A stretch of DNA of 32,000 nt, taken from NCBI GenBank assembly GCA_016699205.1, contig CP064964.1, positions 30,001 through 62,000 on the forward strand. The letters run 5' to 3'. Every line of letters begins with the position of its first letter. Position 1 is the stretch's first letter. Source of the DNA: Candidatus Saccharimonadota bacterium. GTDB lineage: Bacteria; Patescibacteriota; Patescibacteriia; 2-12-FULL-60-25. Of the stretch, positions 1 through 8,488 are shown one piece after another. The position numbers and the translations under genes are program-made. The notes under the pieces are model-generated. The model saw only the letters and a program-made list of their open reading frames with translations, did not search any database and had not been told where the DNA came from.

Positions 1-1
1 T

Positions 2-742
2 ATTCCGTGCGTGATGCATCAATTGGATGTTGTTCCGGGTTTGTCGAATCGTGCCGTGGCTAAATTATGCCAATCGATCACGACTTCATTTGAGTACGAT
101 AAATTGCCTTTTGGAGTCGAATCAAAGCGGATTGCGACGCCTTCACGTTTTTTATCGGAAGTGATGCCGACGAAGCAAGAGGCGCGTCAGCATTTTGGTT
201 TTGATGATACAAAGCCCGTGGTTTTGATTGTTGGCGGAGGGACGGGTGCATCGGCATTAAATCACGCGATTGATCATGAACTGGAAGGATGGTTGGGATT
301 TGCTCAGGTTTTGCATGTCACAGGAAAAGGAAAGATGGAGTCCCGGAATAATCGCCAAGGATATGTTGTACGAGAGTTTTTAAATGCTGAAGAGATGAAG
401 TATGCGTATGCCGCGGCTGATTTGGTGGTGACGCGCGCTGGCATTGGGGCTCTGTCAGAAGTTGCTGCTCTCTCTAAGCCTGCCGTTATTGTGCCGATTT
501 CCGGGAATCAGCAGGAGGAGAATGCCAAGGCTTTTCATCGCGCCAAGGCTGGGTTGTATGTGAAACAGGATCAGGAGGATTTTTCCAGCATTCTTGTGAA
601 GTTGGCAAAGCATATTTTGTCTGATGCGCGAGAACTTGAGCGCATGGGAAACGCAGCGCATGAATTTTTTGCTACGGATAATGGAACGGAGTTGGGAGAG
701 TTGGTTCTCAAGATTGCTTCGCTGTCGGACTCCTCGCAATGA
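2..742 (+). CDS. murG: MurG (lipid I -> lipid II N-acetylglucosaminyltransferase), C-terminal ~246 codons; the 5' end lies outside the window
   Basis: The frame is open from nt 2, with no upstream stop. The translation has the GT28 C-terminal half: VLIVGGGTGASALN ... VVTRAGIGALSEVAALSKPAVIVPISGNQQEENAKAF. The last ~10 codons and the TGA stop lie inside a 33-nt repeat. Confidence 0.85.
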   Translation: MPCVMHQLDVVPGLSNRAVAKLCQSITTSFEYDKLPFGVESKRIATPSRFLSEVMPTKQEARQHFGFDDTKPVVLIVGGGTGASALNHAIDHELEGWLGFAQVLHVTGKGKMESRNNRQGYVVREFLNAEEMKYAYAAADLVVTRAGIGALSEVAALSKPAVIVPISGNQQEENAKAFHRAKAGLYVKQDQEDFSSILVKLAKHILSDARELERMGNAAHEFFATDNGTELGELVLKIASLSDSSQ

Positions 743-744
743 CA
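712..744 (+). repeat. 33-nt half-copy of a palindromic repeat element, 31/33 identical to 11162-11194
   Basis: Read directly: gattgcttcgCTgtcggactcctcgcaatgaca here versus gattgcttcgTCgtcggactcctcgcaatgaca at 11162-11194, in the same orientation. Confidence 0.8.
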
Positions 745-751
745 TATATAA

Positions 752-779
752 ACGCCTCGCACGGAGTTGTGCGAGGCGT
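752..779. terminator. Hairpin between convergent genes (putative bidirectional terminator)
   Basis: Perfect 11-bp stem acgcctcgcac / gtgcgaggcgt with a 6-nt loop, between the murG stop (742) and the stop of the minus-strand ORF (806). The left flank is A/T-rich (atatataa). There is no clean T-run on the + side. Confidence 0.5.
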
Positions 780-805
780 ACTAGTTAAGGAAGAGGATGG
801 TGCGG

Positions 806-1210
806 CTACTCCGCCCACACGAGCGCGCTCTCGAGGTCCTGGAGCATGAGCTCGATTTTGTGCCATCCGCTGAGGGTGATGGTGGCCGTCTGGTAGCCGC
901 TCCGGGGCCCCTTGCGCATCGGACCGCTCGCACCTTCGCGCTCGACGTGATCGGCGCAGGTGATGGGGACCTCGATCGTGAACAGCTGTGCTTTGTTGCG
1001 CGCGTGCTCTTTCTGCAGCTCGTTGATGAGCTTCAGGAGCTCGGGCTTGGAGCAATAGCCGAGCTCGCCGGTCCACAGGTGGTCGCCCTGCTGTCCGAGG
1101 TTGGCAGTCAGCGAGGCGATGTAGAGGCCGTTGTCGGAGCGATGGAACGACATCTCGCGGATGCGGCCGTCGGGCAGATTTTGGGAGAAGGCGCGAATCA
1201 GTGTCAGCAT
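806..1210 (-). CDS. Hypothetical protein, 134 aa, GC-rich orphan
   Basis: Three overlapping ORFs cover this GC-rich patch. Only this one has a balanced, non-repetitive composition (MLTLIRAFSQNLPDGRIREMSFHRSDNGLYIASL...). It has an ATG start preceded by GGAGA 7 nt upstream (aaccGGAGActtctcgATG on the minus strand). No family was recognised. Confidence 0.6.
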   Translation of the reverse strand: MLTLIRAFSQNLPDGRIREMSFHRSDNGLYIASLTANLGQQGDHLWTGELGYCSKPELLKLINELQKEHARNKAQLFTIEVPITCADHVEREGASGPMRKGPRSGYQTATITLSGWHKIELMLQDLESALVWAE

Positions 1211-1299
1211 CGAGAAGTCTCCGGTTGAATGAGCTGATGTAGCGAATCAGGGATTGGTCATTTTGTCAACCGTGGGTTAGTATACTCGTTAATTGAATT

Positions 1300-2334
1300 A
1301 TGGAGATACAGGCTTTTAAGAAGCGGTTTGATCCGGTTTTGGAGCAGTTGCTCAAGAAAATCTTAGGTTCTTATCAAGGTCTGACAAAGGATGTCTTTAT
1401 CAGAGAGACGATCGATTATAGCCGCGAGCTTTTAATGGCTGGCGGCAAACGCGTTCGACCTTATATGGCATGGCTTACCTATAAGGCTTCTGGTGGACGC
1501 GATGATAAGCGTGTGCTTGAAGTTTTTGCCGGGCTAGAATTGTTTCACGCTTTTGCGCTTGTCCATGATGACATCATGGACCATGGAACCGAACGACATG
1601 GCATCAAAACGGCGCATCAGCACATTGCTTCACGTTTGAAGCAACTGAAACGCCATGGCGACCATAAGCATTTCGGGGAGGCTCAAGCGATTTTAATTGG
1701 CGATTTGCTTTTTGCCTGGTCGGTTGGTCAGGTGGCAGGTACAAAGGGTTGGCCGGCATTCCAGATGATGATCGATGAGGTGATGGTTGGGCAGATGATC
1801 GATGTTGATGTGATGACGAGACGCTCTGTTGATGATGCATTGCTGGCGGATAAGATGCGTTTGAAAACGGCGAGCTATACGTTTGTCAGACCCATGCAGG
1901 TTGGTGCTGCGATTGCCGGAGCGAATGGAAAGACAGCGCGCTTTTGTGAAGCATACGGGCTGCCTCTCGGTACGGCATTTCAGATCCAGGATGATTTGCT
2001 CGATTTAACAACGCCATCGAGTAAGACTGGAAAGACCGCATTCTCTGATTTACGAGAGGGGAATCATACGGTATTTACGCAATTTATCCGTATGCGCGGT
2101 ACAGCAAAGCAGAAACGTGAGTTGGAGCTGATGGTTGGAGCGGAGCTGACGGAGAAGGACCGCCCTCGCGTGATGGCATTGTTTCTTGAATCGGGTGCGT
2201 TTGAGCATGGCATGGCGCTGATCGATGGATATTTTGAAGAGGCGCTTGATGCCGTTGATGCAGCGAAACTTAAGCCGGTTCATGCCAAGCCATTCCGCCA
2301 GCTTGTCGAGTATATTCGAGCTCGAGCCACTTGA
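1300..2334 (+). CDS. crtE: Polyprenyl (geranylgeranyl) diphosphate synthase
   Basis: First aspartate-rich motif LVHDDIMD and second motif FQIQDDLLD of trans-isoprenyl diphosphate synthases. It is the first gene of the carotenoid cluster. Confidence 0.9.
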   Translation: MEIQAFKKRFDPVLEQLLKKILGSYQGLTKDVFIRETIDYSRELLMAGGKRVRPYMAWLTYKASGGRDDKRVLEVFAGLELFHAFALVHDDIMDHGTERHGIKTAHQHIASRLKQLKRHGDHKHFGEAQAILIGDLLFAWSVGQVAGTKGWPAFQMMIDEVMVGQMIDVDVMTRRSVDDALLADKMRLKTASYTFVRPMQVGAAIAGANGKTARFCEAYGLPLGTAFQIQDDLLDLTTPSSKTGKTAFSDLREGNHTVFTQFIRMRGTAKQKRELELMVGAELTEKDRPRVMALFLESGAFEHGMALIDGYFEEALDAVDAAKLKPVHAKPFRQLVEYIRARAT

Positions 2335-3173
2335 TCATGACGACAGAACTTGAGAGCGCTTATGACGTTTGCCGAACGATCCAGGCTCAGCATGGAAAGA
2401 GTTATTATTTTGCCACGCGTTTTTTCCCCAAGGATTTACGTTTAGCAACGTTTGCGCTTTATGCGTTTTTTCGTCTACCGGATGAGATCGTCGATAATCC
2501 GAAGACGAATGATGTTAAGGGTGAGCTGGAGCGCTATCGCGAAGAGTGGAGGTCGGGAGAAAGCCGCCAACCGGTCTTGATGGCGGCTCGTGATACATTT
2601 CAACGTTTTCAAATCCCGTTTGAATACTCGGAGTCGTTTTTGGATGCGATGATACAGGATACCTGGAAAAATCGTTACGCAACCTATGAGGAGTTGGAGC
2701 AGTATATGTATGGATCTGCCGCTGTGGTAGGACTCATGATGTCGCATGTCATCGGCTTTCAAGGCGAGGCTCTCGTTTATGCCAAGAAGCTTGGATATGC
2801 GATGCAACTCACAAATTTTTTACGCGATATCCGCGAGGATCTGGAGACCCGTGACCGTATCTATCTTCCGCAGGATGAGCTCGCGCGATATGGGATCACG
2901 GAAGAAGATTTGCGTTCGCATCAAATGACGGCTGCGTTTGAATCGTTCATGAAATTTCAAATTGCCAGAGCGGACCGACTCTATGAAGAGGCGAATAAGG
3001 GCATCCATCTCTTACATCGACGAGGCCGTTTTGCCGTTCGTTCTGCGAGCGATTTATACCGGGCGATCTTACGCAAGATCGAGCAGCAGGCATATCATAT
3101 TTTTCTGAAGCGCGTTTCTACAAGCGCATTGGAAAAAATCCGTATAACGATTCAATCTCGATTTAACGTATGA
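2331..3173 (+). CDS. crtB: Phytoene (or dehydrosqualene) synthase
   Basis: Squalene/phytoene synthase signatures: YYFATRFFP, YAFFRLPDEIVD, YMYGSAAVVG, NFLRDIREDLE. The TTG at 2331 overlaps the crtE stop. An ATG at 2337 is an equally plausible start. Confidence 0.9.
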   Translation: MIMTTELESAYDVCRTIQAQHGKSYYFATRFFPKDLRLATFALYAFFRLPDEIVDNPKTNDVKGELERYREEWRSGESRQPVLMAARDTFQRFQIPFEYSESFLDAMIQDTWKNRYATYEELEQYMYGSAAVVGLMMSHVIGFQGEALVYAKKLGYAMQLTNFLRDIREDLETRDRIYLPQDELARYGITEEDLRSHQMTAAFESFMKFQIARADRLYEEANKGIHLLHRRGRFAVRSASDLYRAILRKIEQQAYHIFLKRVSTSALEKIRITIQSRFNV

Positions 3174-4687
3174 AAAAAGCTGTGATTATCGGTTCCGGAT
3201 TTGGCGGATTGGGTACAGCCTGTTTCCTTGCCAAAGCCGGTTATGAGGTCGTCGTGTTTGAAAAAAATGAACAGCCGGGCGGAAGGGCATCGGTGTTTTC
3301 TGAGAAAGGGTACACGTTTGACATGGGACCGTCCTGGTACCTGATGCCGGATATTTTTGAGCATTTTTTTCAATTGATGGGAGAGCGTGTTGAGGACTAT
3401 CTCGACTTGAAAAAGCTTCAACCTTCTTACCGGATTTTTTTTAAGGATGAGAATCGCGTCGTGGATATTCATTCTGATTTGGAAAAAGATCTTCCGACAC
3501 TGGAAGCCTTAGAACCCGGCAGCACGCCGCAGGTCCGCGAATATTTGAAGCGCTCGGGGTATCAGTATGAAGTCGCTAAGAATCACTTCTTGTTCAAGAA
3601 TTACGATTCGATTCTGGATTTTTTCAATTGGAAAACGATGATCGAGGGTAGCCGTCTCTCGGTATTTACCAAGATGGATCGATATGTAAAGCGCTTCTTT
3701 AAAAGCGATGCTTTGCAAAAGATCATGCAATATACGCTGGTATTTCTTGGGAGCTCGCCCTATAACACCCCTGCGCTCTACAACATCATGAGCCACATCG
3801 ATTTTTCGATGGGTGTCTTTTATCCGCAGGGTGGCATCTACAAGATTGTCGAGGCTTTCGTTGCTATGGCAAAGAAAAATGGTGCAACGATCGAGATAGA
3901 GAAAGAAGTGAAGCGCATTCTTGTGGATCAAGGGAAAGCACATGGTGTGGAGCTCATGGATGGATCGGTTGTTCAAGCCGATCTCGTGATCTCAAATGCG
4001 GATATTGCTTTTACGGACATGGTTTTGACACCGGAAGGATCGCGAATGCATGACGACACGTATTGGAAATCGCGTACGCTCGCACCGTCTGCGTTTATTA
4101 TGTATTTGGGCGTTGATGGACGTATTCCTGAATTAACGCATCATAATCTTATTTTCTCAAAAAATTGGGAAAAGAATTTTGCAGAGATTTTTGATCGTCC
4201 GCAGTGGCCGAGCGATCCATCGCTCTATGTTTGCGCGCCATCTGTTACGGATCCGAGCGTTGCTCCCTCCGGAAAGGAAAACCTTTTTGTTTTGGTTCCG
4301 ATCGCATCCGGGCTTGAATACACTCAAGGGCAATTGGAGCAGTACGGCGACAAAATTCTCGGCATGATGGAATCAGAGATGAAGATTCCAAATTTACAAA
4401 AGCGCATTGAGTACAAAAAATTTTTTAGCGTGAAAGATTTTGGCGAGCGCTATCATAGCTTGGGAGGTTCGGCGCTAGGACTTGCTCACACGATGGGACA
4501 GACGGCGATTTTTAGGCCAAATAATATTAATCGCAAGGTTGAGAATCTTTTGTATGTTGGAGCTGGAACCAATCCGGGTATCGGAATGCCGATTTGCTTG
4601 GTTTCGGCCGAGCTGGCTTATAAGCGTATCGTTGGTGATTCGAGCGATGGACCATTAGCCGGCGTAATTCAACGCGAAGAGAAATAA
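3170..4687 (+). CDS. crtI: Phytoene desaturase family FAD-dependent oxidoreductase
   Basis: N-terminal dinucleotide-binding motif KKAVIIGSGFGGLGTACFLAKAGYEVVVFEKNEQPGGRA. The 505-aa length is typical of the CrtI family. An ATGA overlap with the crtB stop suggests translational coupling. Confidence 0.9.
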   Translation: MKKAVIIGSGFGGLGTACFLAKAGYEVVVFEKNEQPGGRASVFSEKGYTFDMGPSWYLMPDIFEHFFQLMGERVEDYLDLKKLQPSYRIFFKDENRVVDIHSDLEKDLPTLEALEPGSTPQVREYLKRSGYQYEVAKNHFLFKNYDSILDFFNWKTMIEGSRLSVFTKMDRYVKRFFKSDALQKIMQYTLVFLGSSPYNTPALYNIMSHIDFSMGVFYPQGGIYKIVEAFVAMAKKNGATIEIEKEVKRILVDQGKAHGVELMDGSVVQADLVISNADIAFTDMVLTPEGSRMHDDTYWKSRTLAPSAFIMYLGVDGRIPELTHHNLIFSKNWEKNFAEIFDRPQWPSDPSLYVCAPSVTDPSVAPSGKENLFVLVPIASGLEYTQGQLEQYGDKILGMMESEMKIPNLQKRIEYKKFFSVKDFGERYHSLGGSALGLAHTMGQTAIFRPNNINRKVENLLYVGAGTNPGIGMPICLVSAELAYKRIVGDSSDGPLAGVIQREEK

Positions 4688-5545
4688 GATGAAGCCGGCG
4701 AGCGCGTTGATGCGCGGGAACCATGTATAGTATTTAAAGAGAGCTTCATCGGAGCGGGCTTGTAATGAACGTGCCATTAATGCGACGTAGATCGTGCCAA
4801 GAACATAGGCTAGCCAGCCAAGGCTTTGGATCGTGAGAAGTGCTGAGGAAGCGTAGAGACAAAGACAGAGCCAGAGGGTTCGGTTTCTTCCCAGAAATGT
4901 TGCGATCGTGCGCAGATTAGCGCCGCGGTCCGCATGGATGTCTGGTACCGCAGAGTAGGCGTGCATGGCCATGCACCATAAGCCTGCTGCGATCACGAGG
5001 GGAATTTGAACGTTCGTTGGATCGTTATAGATGAGGAAGCCAAAGAGGCCTGGAAGCAGGTACAGAATATTGAAGGCGCTATCAAAAAAGGGAATGGCTT
5101 TGGCGCGGATCGGGGGAGCGGAATAGAATATTCCAAAAAACAAAAACCCAGCCAAAGCGAGGAAGGATGCAGGCCATAAGACACCTGCCATGATTGCCGG
5201 AATCAAGAAAGGAAGATTTGTGATCGCGATGATTGTCCAGAGCTGTTGTCGATTGGCAGGACGGAGCGTCGTTTCATATCCTTCCTTTTTCTTGTTCAGG
5301 ATATCGGTTTGATAGTCAAAAATATCGTTCACTCCGTAAATAAGCAGGTTGGCAGGGAGTGTGAAATAGAGGGCAAATATGCCAAGCGGGGCTACGGAAA
5401 CGATAAGCGTACCAGGACTAATGCTCGTGATAAGCGATGGAATTGACTGCAGAAAACCGTTGGCAGCTAGACCAGTCAAAAACGGACCTAAGAGATAGAT
5501 CCAGAATCTTGGTCGGCTGATTTTGAGAAAGGTCTTTGCTTCCAT
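4655..5545 (-). CDS. UbiA-family prenyltransferase, lycopene-elongase (LyeJ/CrtEb)-like by context
   Basis: Polytopic membrane protein with the UbiA aspartate-rich motif YGVNDIFDYQTD and the N-terminal SRPRFWIYLLGPFLTG. It is embedded in the crt cluster. Its 3' end overlaps crtI by 33 nt in convergent orientation. Confidence 0.75.
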   Translation of the reverse strand: MEAKTFLKISRPRFWIYLLGPFLTGLAANGFLQSIPSLITSISPGTLIVSVAPLGIFALYFTLPANLLIYGVNDIFDYQTDILNKKKEGYETTLRPANRQQLWTIIAITNLPFLIPAIMAGVLWPASFLALAGFLFFGIFYSAPPIRAKAIPFFDSAFNILYLLPGLFGFLIYNDPTNVQIPLVIAAGLWCMAMHAYSAVPDIHADRGANLRTIATFLGRNRTLWLCLCLYASSALLTIQSLGWLAYVLGTIYVALMARSLQARSDEALFKYYTWFPRINALAGFILFLFALNYAG

Positions 5546-5578
5546 AAAGTCGATAACGGTATACTAGCCTAGTCTTGT

Positions 5579-6295
5579 ATGAACGGAAACGTTTTCTTTG
5601 GATCCGGAATTGCGGCAGCGGGAGGAATTGGTTTCTTGGCAGCTCAGCAAGGATTCGGATCCGTTCATCCGATGGTTTCCGTTGTAGCGATTCTTTTGAT
5701 TTCTTTACCAAGTTTTCATGGGTTGATTAGAACTGTTGGTTGGAGAAAGGGTCTTGCTGCCTTATCGGGCTTGGGTGTTTTTGCATTGTTGGTTGAGGCA
5801 TTGGGAACGTGGAGCGGATTTCCATACGGTGCATTCCAATATACGGGGGATCTTGGTTGGAGGGTTTTTGGGCTTGTGCCTTGGACGGTTCCTTTTGCGT
5901 GGATTCCACTTTTGCTTGGAGCGGTTACTATAGCGGGAGCCCGTTTCAGCGGTTCCGTTCAACGCGGGATCTATGCAGCTGTTTTGTTGACGGCGATGGA
6001 TTTTGTGCTGGACCCGGGTGCCGTCTCTGTCGGTCTATGGCGTTACTCAAATCCGGGACTTTATTACGAGGTACCATGGACAAATTTCGCGGGCTGGATG
6101 TTGACCGGGACCTTTGCTGCGATTTGTTTGTCGAAGTTGTTGAACGGAAAGCATCTTCCTTCCGGCATTCTTGTGAGCGCGGCTTGGATGGTGGCATTTT
6201 GGACGGGTGTTGCCGGAGCGCGTTTGCTCGTTTTGCCGCTACTGATCGGCGGCGTGCTTTTGGGTTACATCGTTTATCGGAAGAGTCGATCTTGA
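5579..6295 (+). CDS. Carotenoid biosynthesis membrane protein (Pfam Caroten_synth / CruF-type carotenoid hydratase-like)
   Basis: Multi-TM 238-aa protein with GFPYGAFQYTGDLG, FVLDPGAVSVGLWRY and YEVPWTNFAGW. These match my recollection of conserved blocks of the CruF/DUF422 family. It is divergent from the prenyltransferase across a 33-nt spacer. Confidence 0.65.
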   Translation: MNGNVFFGSGIAAAGGIGFLAAQQGFGSVHPMVSVVAILLISLPSFHGLIRTVGWRKGLAALSGLGVFALLVEALGTWSGFPYGAFQYTGDLGWRVFGLVPWTVPFAWIPLLLGAVTIAGARFSGSVQRGIYAAVLLTAMDFVLDPGAVSVGLWRYSNPGLYYEVPWTNFAGWMLTGTFAAICLSKLLNGKHLPSGILVSAAWMVAFWTGVAGARLLVLPLLIGGVLLGYIVYRKSRS

Positions 6296-6325
6296 CGCAT
6301 AATATAATCTTTGTTATTAATAGCC

Positions 6326-6350
6326 CCCTCTGGAGACAGAGGGTCTTTTT
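6326..6350 (+). terminator. Intrinsic terminator after the CruF-like gene
   Basis: Stem ccctctg / cagaggg with a GAGA loop, followed by tcttttt. Confidence 0.65.
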
Positions 6351-6405
6351 GTCCACTGATGGTCAGAAGATCATGTTCCTGCACAATTGAAGAGAGAGGT
6401 CCTTA

Positions 6406-8469
6406 ATGGACATCGTCAGCGCTCGTTCCGGTTCCATCCAGCAGATCAACAAGCACGGTATCCTCCTCGAGATCGGCGTGAAGCCGGAGAAGAAGATGGG
6501 CGACCGGCACCTGATGCTCGTCATCGACTGCTCGGGCTCCATGAGCTCGGTCATCGACGACGTGCGCAAGGACACGGAGAAGTTCGTCGCCGAGCTCGGC
6601 AAGGACGACTTCGCCTCCGTGATCATCTTCAGCGGCCACGGCCGCGCGAAGGCGATCGCGGGACCGACGCGCTGCGACGAGAAGGGTCGGAAGATGGTCA
6701 TCAAGGCCATCAAGGAGGAGGTCCGCATCCTCGACACGACGGTCTTCTCCGAGCCGCTCGAGCTCGCGCTCAAGACGATCCAGAAGGTCGCCAACGACGC
6801 GGACAACATCGCGATCCTCTTCACGGACGGCTGCGCTGTGCCCACCAAGTGGGACGTGAAGAAGGAGCAGACCAAGGCCGAGACGGCCGCCAAGGCGATC
6901 GCCGACGCGGGCGCCGGTCTCTCGGTGATCGGCTACGGCAACTGGTACGACGCGAAGTTCCTCGCGTCGCTCATGAGCGAGTCGGGCCAGAACGGCCTGT
7001 ATCGCCACGTGAGCGAGATCGAGGACTTCAGCGCGGTGCTGAACGGGATCCGCGACACCTTCGAGAAGACGGTGCGCGGCTCGGTCGACGTGGCCTTCAA
7101 GCCCAACGCGGGCGAGATCACGGGCTTCGTGCGCGTGACCCCGCAGGTGAGCCTCATCAAGGGGAGTCACCTCACGTCCAGCGCGTTCTTCGAGGGCAAG
7201 GCGACGCTCTTCCTCGAGACGACGAAGAGCGTGAAGTCGATCAAGATCGACGGGCGCGTGAACGGCAAGACGTTCAGCAAGGAGATCACGCTCGACGAGA
7301 TGAAGGAGGCCGACAAGGCCTCGTTCATCCGCGCGTACGCCGCACAGGCGGTGCTCTCCGGGCAGAACGCGACGGCCGCCGAGTACCTCGAGATCACCGG
7401 CGACGCCGGGCTCGCGGAGAAGGTGGGCAACGCCTTCACCGACCGCGAGGCCCGCGAGACGCAGGACACGATGCGGCGCGTCTTCACCGACGGCAAGCGC
7501 TTCATCGGCACCGGCCTCAAGGCCGTGGGTCCGAACCACTCGATCCTGAACGTGCTCCGCCTCCTCATCGAGGACAAGGGTTCGGTCCTGTACATCCCCA
7601 AAGGCGCCTACAAGCGCGGCGGGGAGCTGCAGACCGATCCGGCGGTGCTCCAGGGCAACGGCGATCGCACGCTCGAGGTGCTCGACCTCATCAGCAACGA
7701 CGAGCGCTTCAACTTCTCGCTGCGCACGATCAAGGACGTGAAGGTCCTGCCGCGCAACGAGAAGGGTGAGATCATCGAGAGCGCCAAGCCGGAGGACAAG
7801 AAGGTCTTCCGGACCTACAACGTCATCCGTGACGGCAACCTCGTGCTCCCCGAGCTCGAGGCGCGTCTCTCGGAGGCGTCGTTCACCCAGCTCGTCGAGG
7901 CGGGCGTCATCAAGGCCGGTACCAAGTACGAGGCCGCGAAGACGTACAGCCTCGACCTGCGGAGCCTCAAGATGATCAGCCCGGCGTGGGCCAAGCCCGC
8001 GACGCTCGGTCTCGTCGGCCTCATGCGTCACGAGGCGGATCTCGAGGAGCAGCAGAAGGCGCTGAACGCGCGCAAGAAGGCGATCGTCGCGGGCGGCTTC
8101 ACGCCCCTCGTCGACACCGACTCGCAGTTCTACCGCGAGCAGGCCAAGAAGGACGAGGAGCGCGAGAGCGACACCTACCAGGCGACGACCGTCGAGTACC
8201 GGATGATGGGCTACAAGCCCAAGTCCTACGACGCGTCCAAGCTCAACTGGGAGGAGGCGGACCAGCTCGTCAAGGAGACCCGCCGCGAGCTCTCGATCGC
8301 GCGCTTCAAGATCCGGGCCACCGTCTTCGCGATGGAGCGGTGCAACCAGACGTCGATCAAGTGGGGCAACCCCAAGACGACGGCCAAGGGCACCGAGGAG
8401 CGGCTCGCCGACTTCGACGGCGCCAAGCTCAAGCGCGCCGCGCGGGTGCAGACCTTCGTCTGCAGCTGA
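6406..8469 (+). CDS. von Willebrand factor A (vWA) domain protein with a complete MIDAS motif and a ~470-aa unassigned C-terminal region
   Basis: HLMLVIDCSGSMSS (DxSxS), ILDTTVF (Thr) and AILFTDGCA (Asp). ATG start with gagagagg 6 nt upstream. It is the only one of five overlapping ORFs here with protein-like composition. Two counted 60-nt lines are 63% and 65% GC. Confidence 0.85.
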   Translation: MDIVSARSGSIQQINKHGILLEIGVKPEKKMGDRHLMLVIDCSGSMSSVIDDVRKDTEKFVAELGKDDFASVIIFSGHGRAKAIAGPTRCDEKGRKMVIKAIKEEVRILDTTVFSEPLELALKTIQKVANDADNIAILFTDGCAVPTKWDVKKEQTKAETAAKAIADAGAGLSVIGYGNWYDAKFLASLMSESGQNGLYRHVSEIEDFSAVLNGIRDTFEKTVRGSVDVAFKPNAGEITGFVRVTPQVSLIKGSHLTSSAFFEGKATLFLETTKSVKSIKIDGRVNGKTFSKEITLDEMKEADKASFIRAYAAQAVLSGQNATAAEYLEITGDAGLAEKVGNAFTDREARETQDTMRRVFTDGKRFIGTGLKAVGPNHSILNVLRLLIEDKGSVLYIPKGAYKRGGELQTDPAVLQGNGDRTLEVLDLISNDERFNFSLRTIKDVKVLPRNEKGEIIESAKPEDKKVFRTYNVIRDGNLVLPELEARLSEASFTQLVEAGVIKAGTKYEAAKTYSLDLRSLKMISPAWAKPATLGLVGLMRHEADLEEQQKALNARKKAIVAGGFTPLVDTDSQFYREQAKKDEERESDTYQATTVEYRMMGYKPKSYDASKLNWEEADQLVKETRRELSIARFKIRATVFAMERCNQTSIKWGNPKTTAKGTEERLADFDGAKLKRAARVQTFVCS

Positions 8470-8488
8470 CCTCTCTCCGACACTCTGT

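Noticed and set aside
708-1228. ORFs 797-1228 (+, 143 aa) and 708-1076 (-, 122 aa) overlapping the 806-1210 gene.
   Set aside because: They have shadow-frame composition (Arg/Ala/Gly-rich). 708-1076 would run through the hairpin and into murG. The 806-1210 frame has the SD and a balanced composition.
5809-6390. 193-aa plus-strand and 136-aa minus-strand ORFs overlapping the CruF-like gene.
   Set aside because: They are out of frame with a membrane protein that has family-like conserved blocks. Their translations are Cys/Arg/Ser-rich and cross the terminator hairpin.
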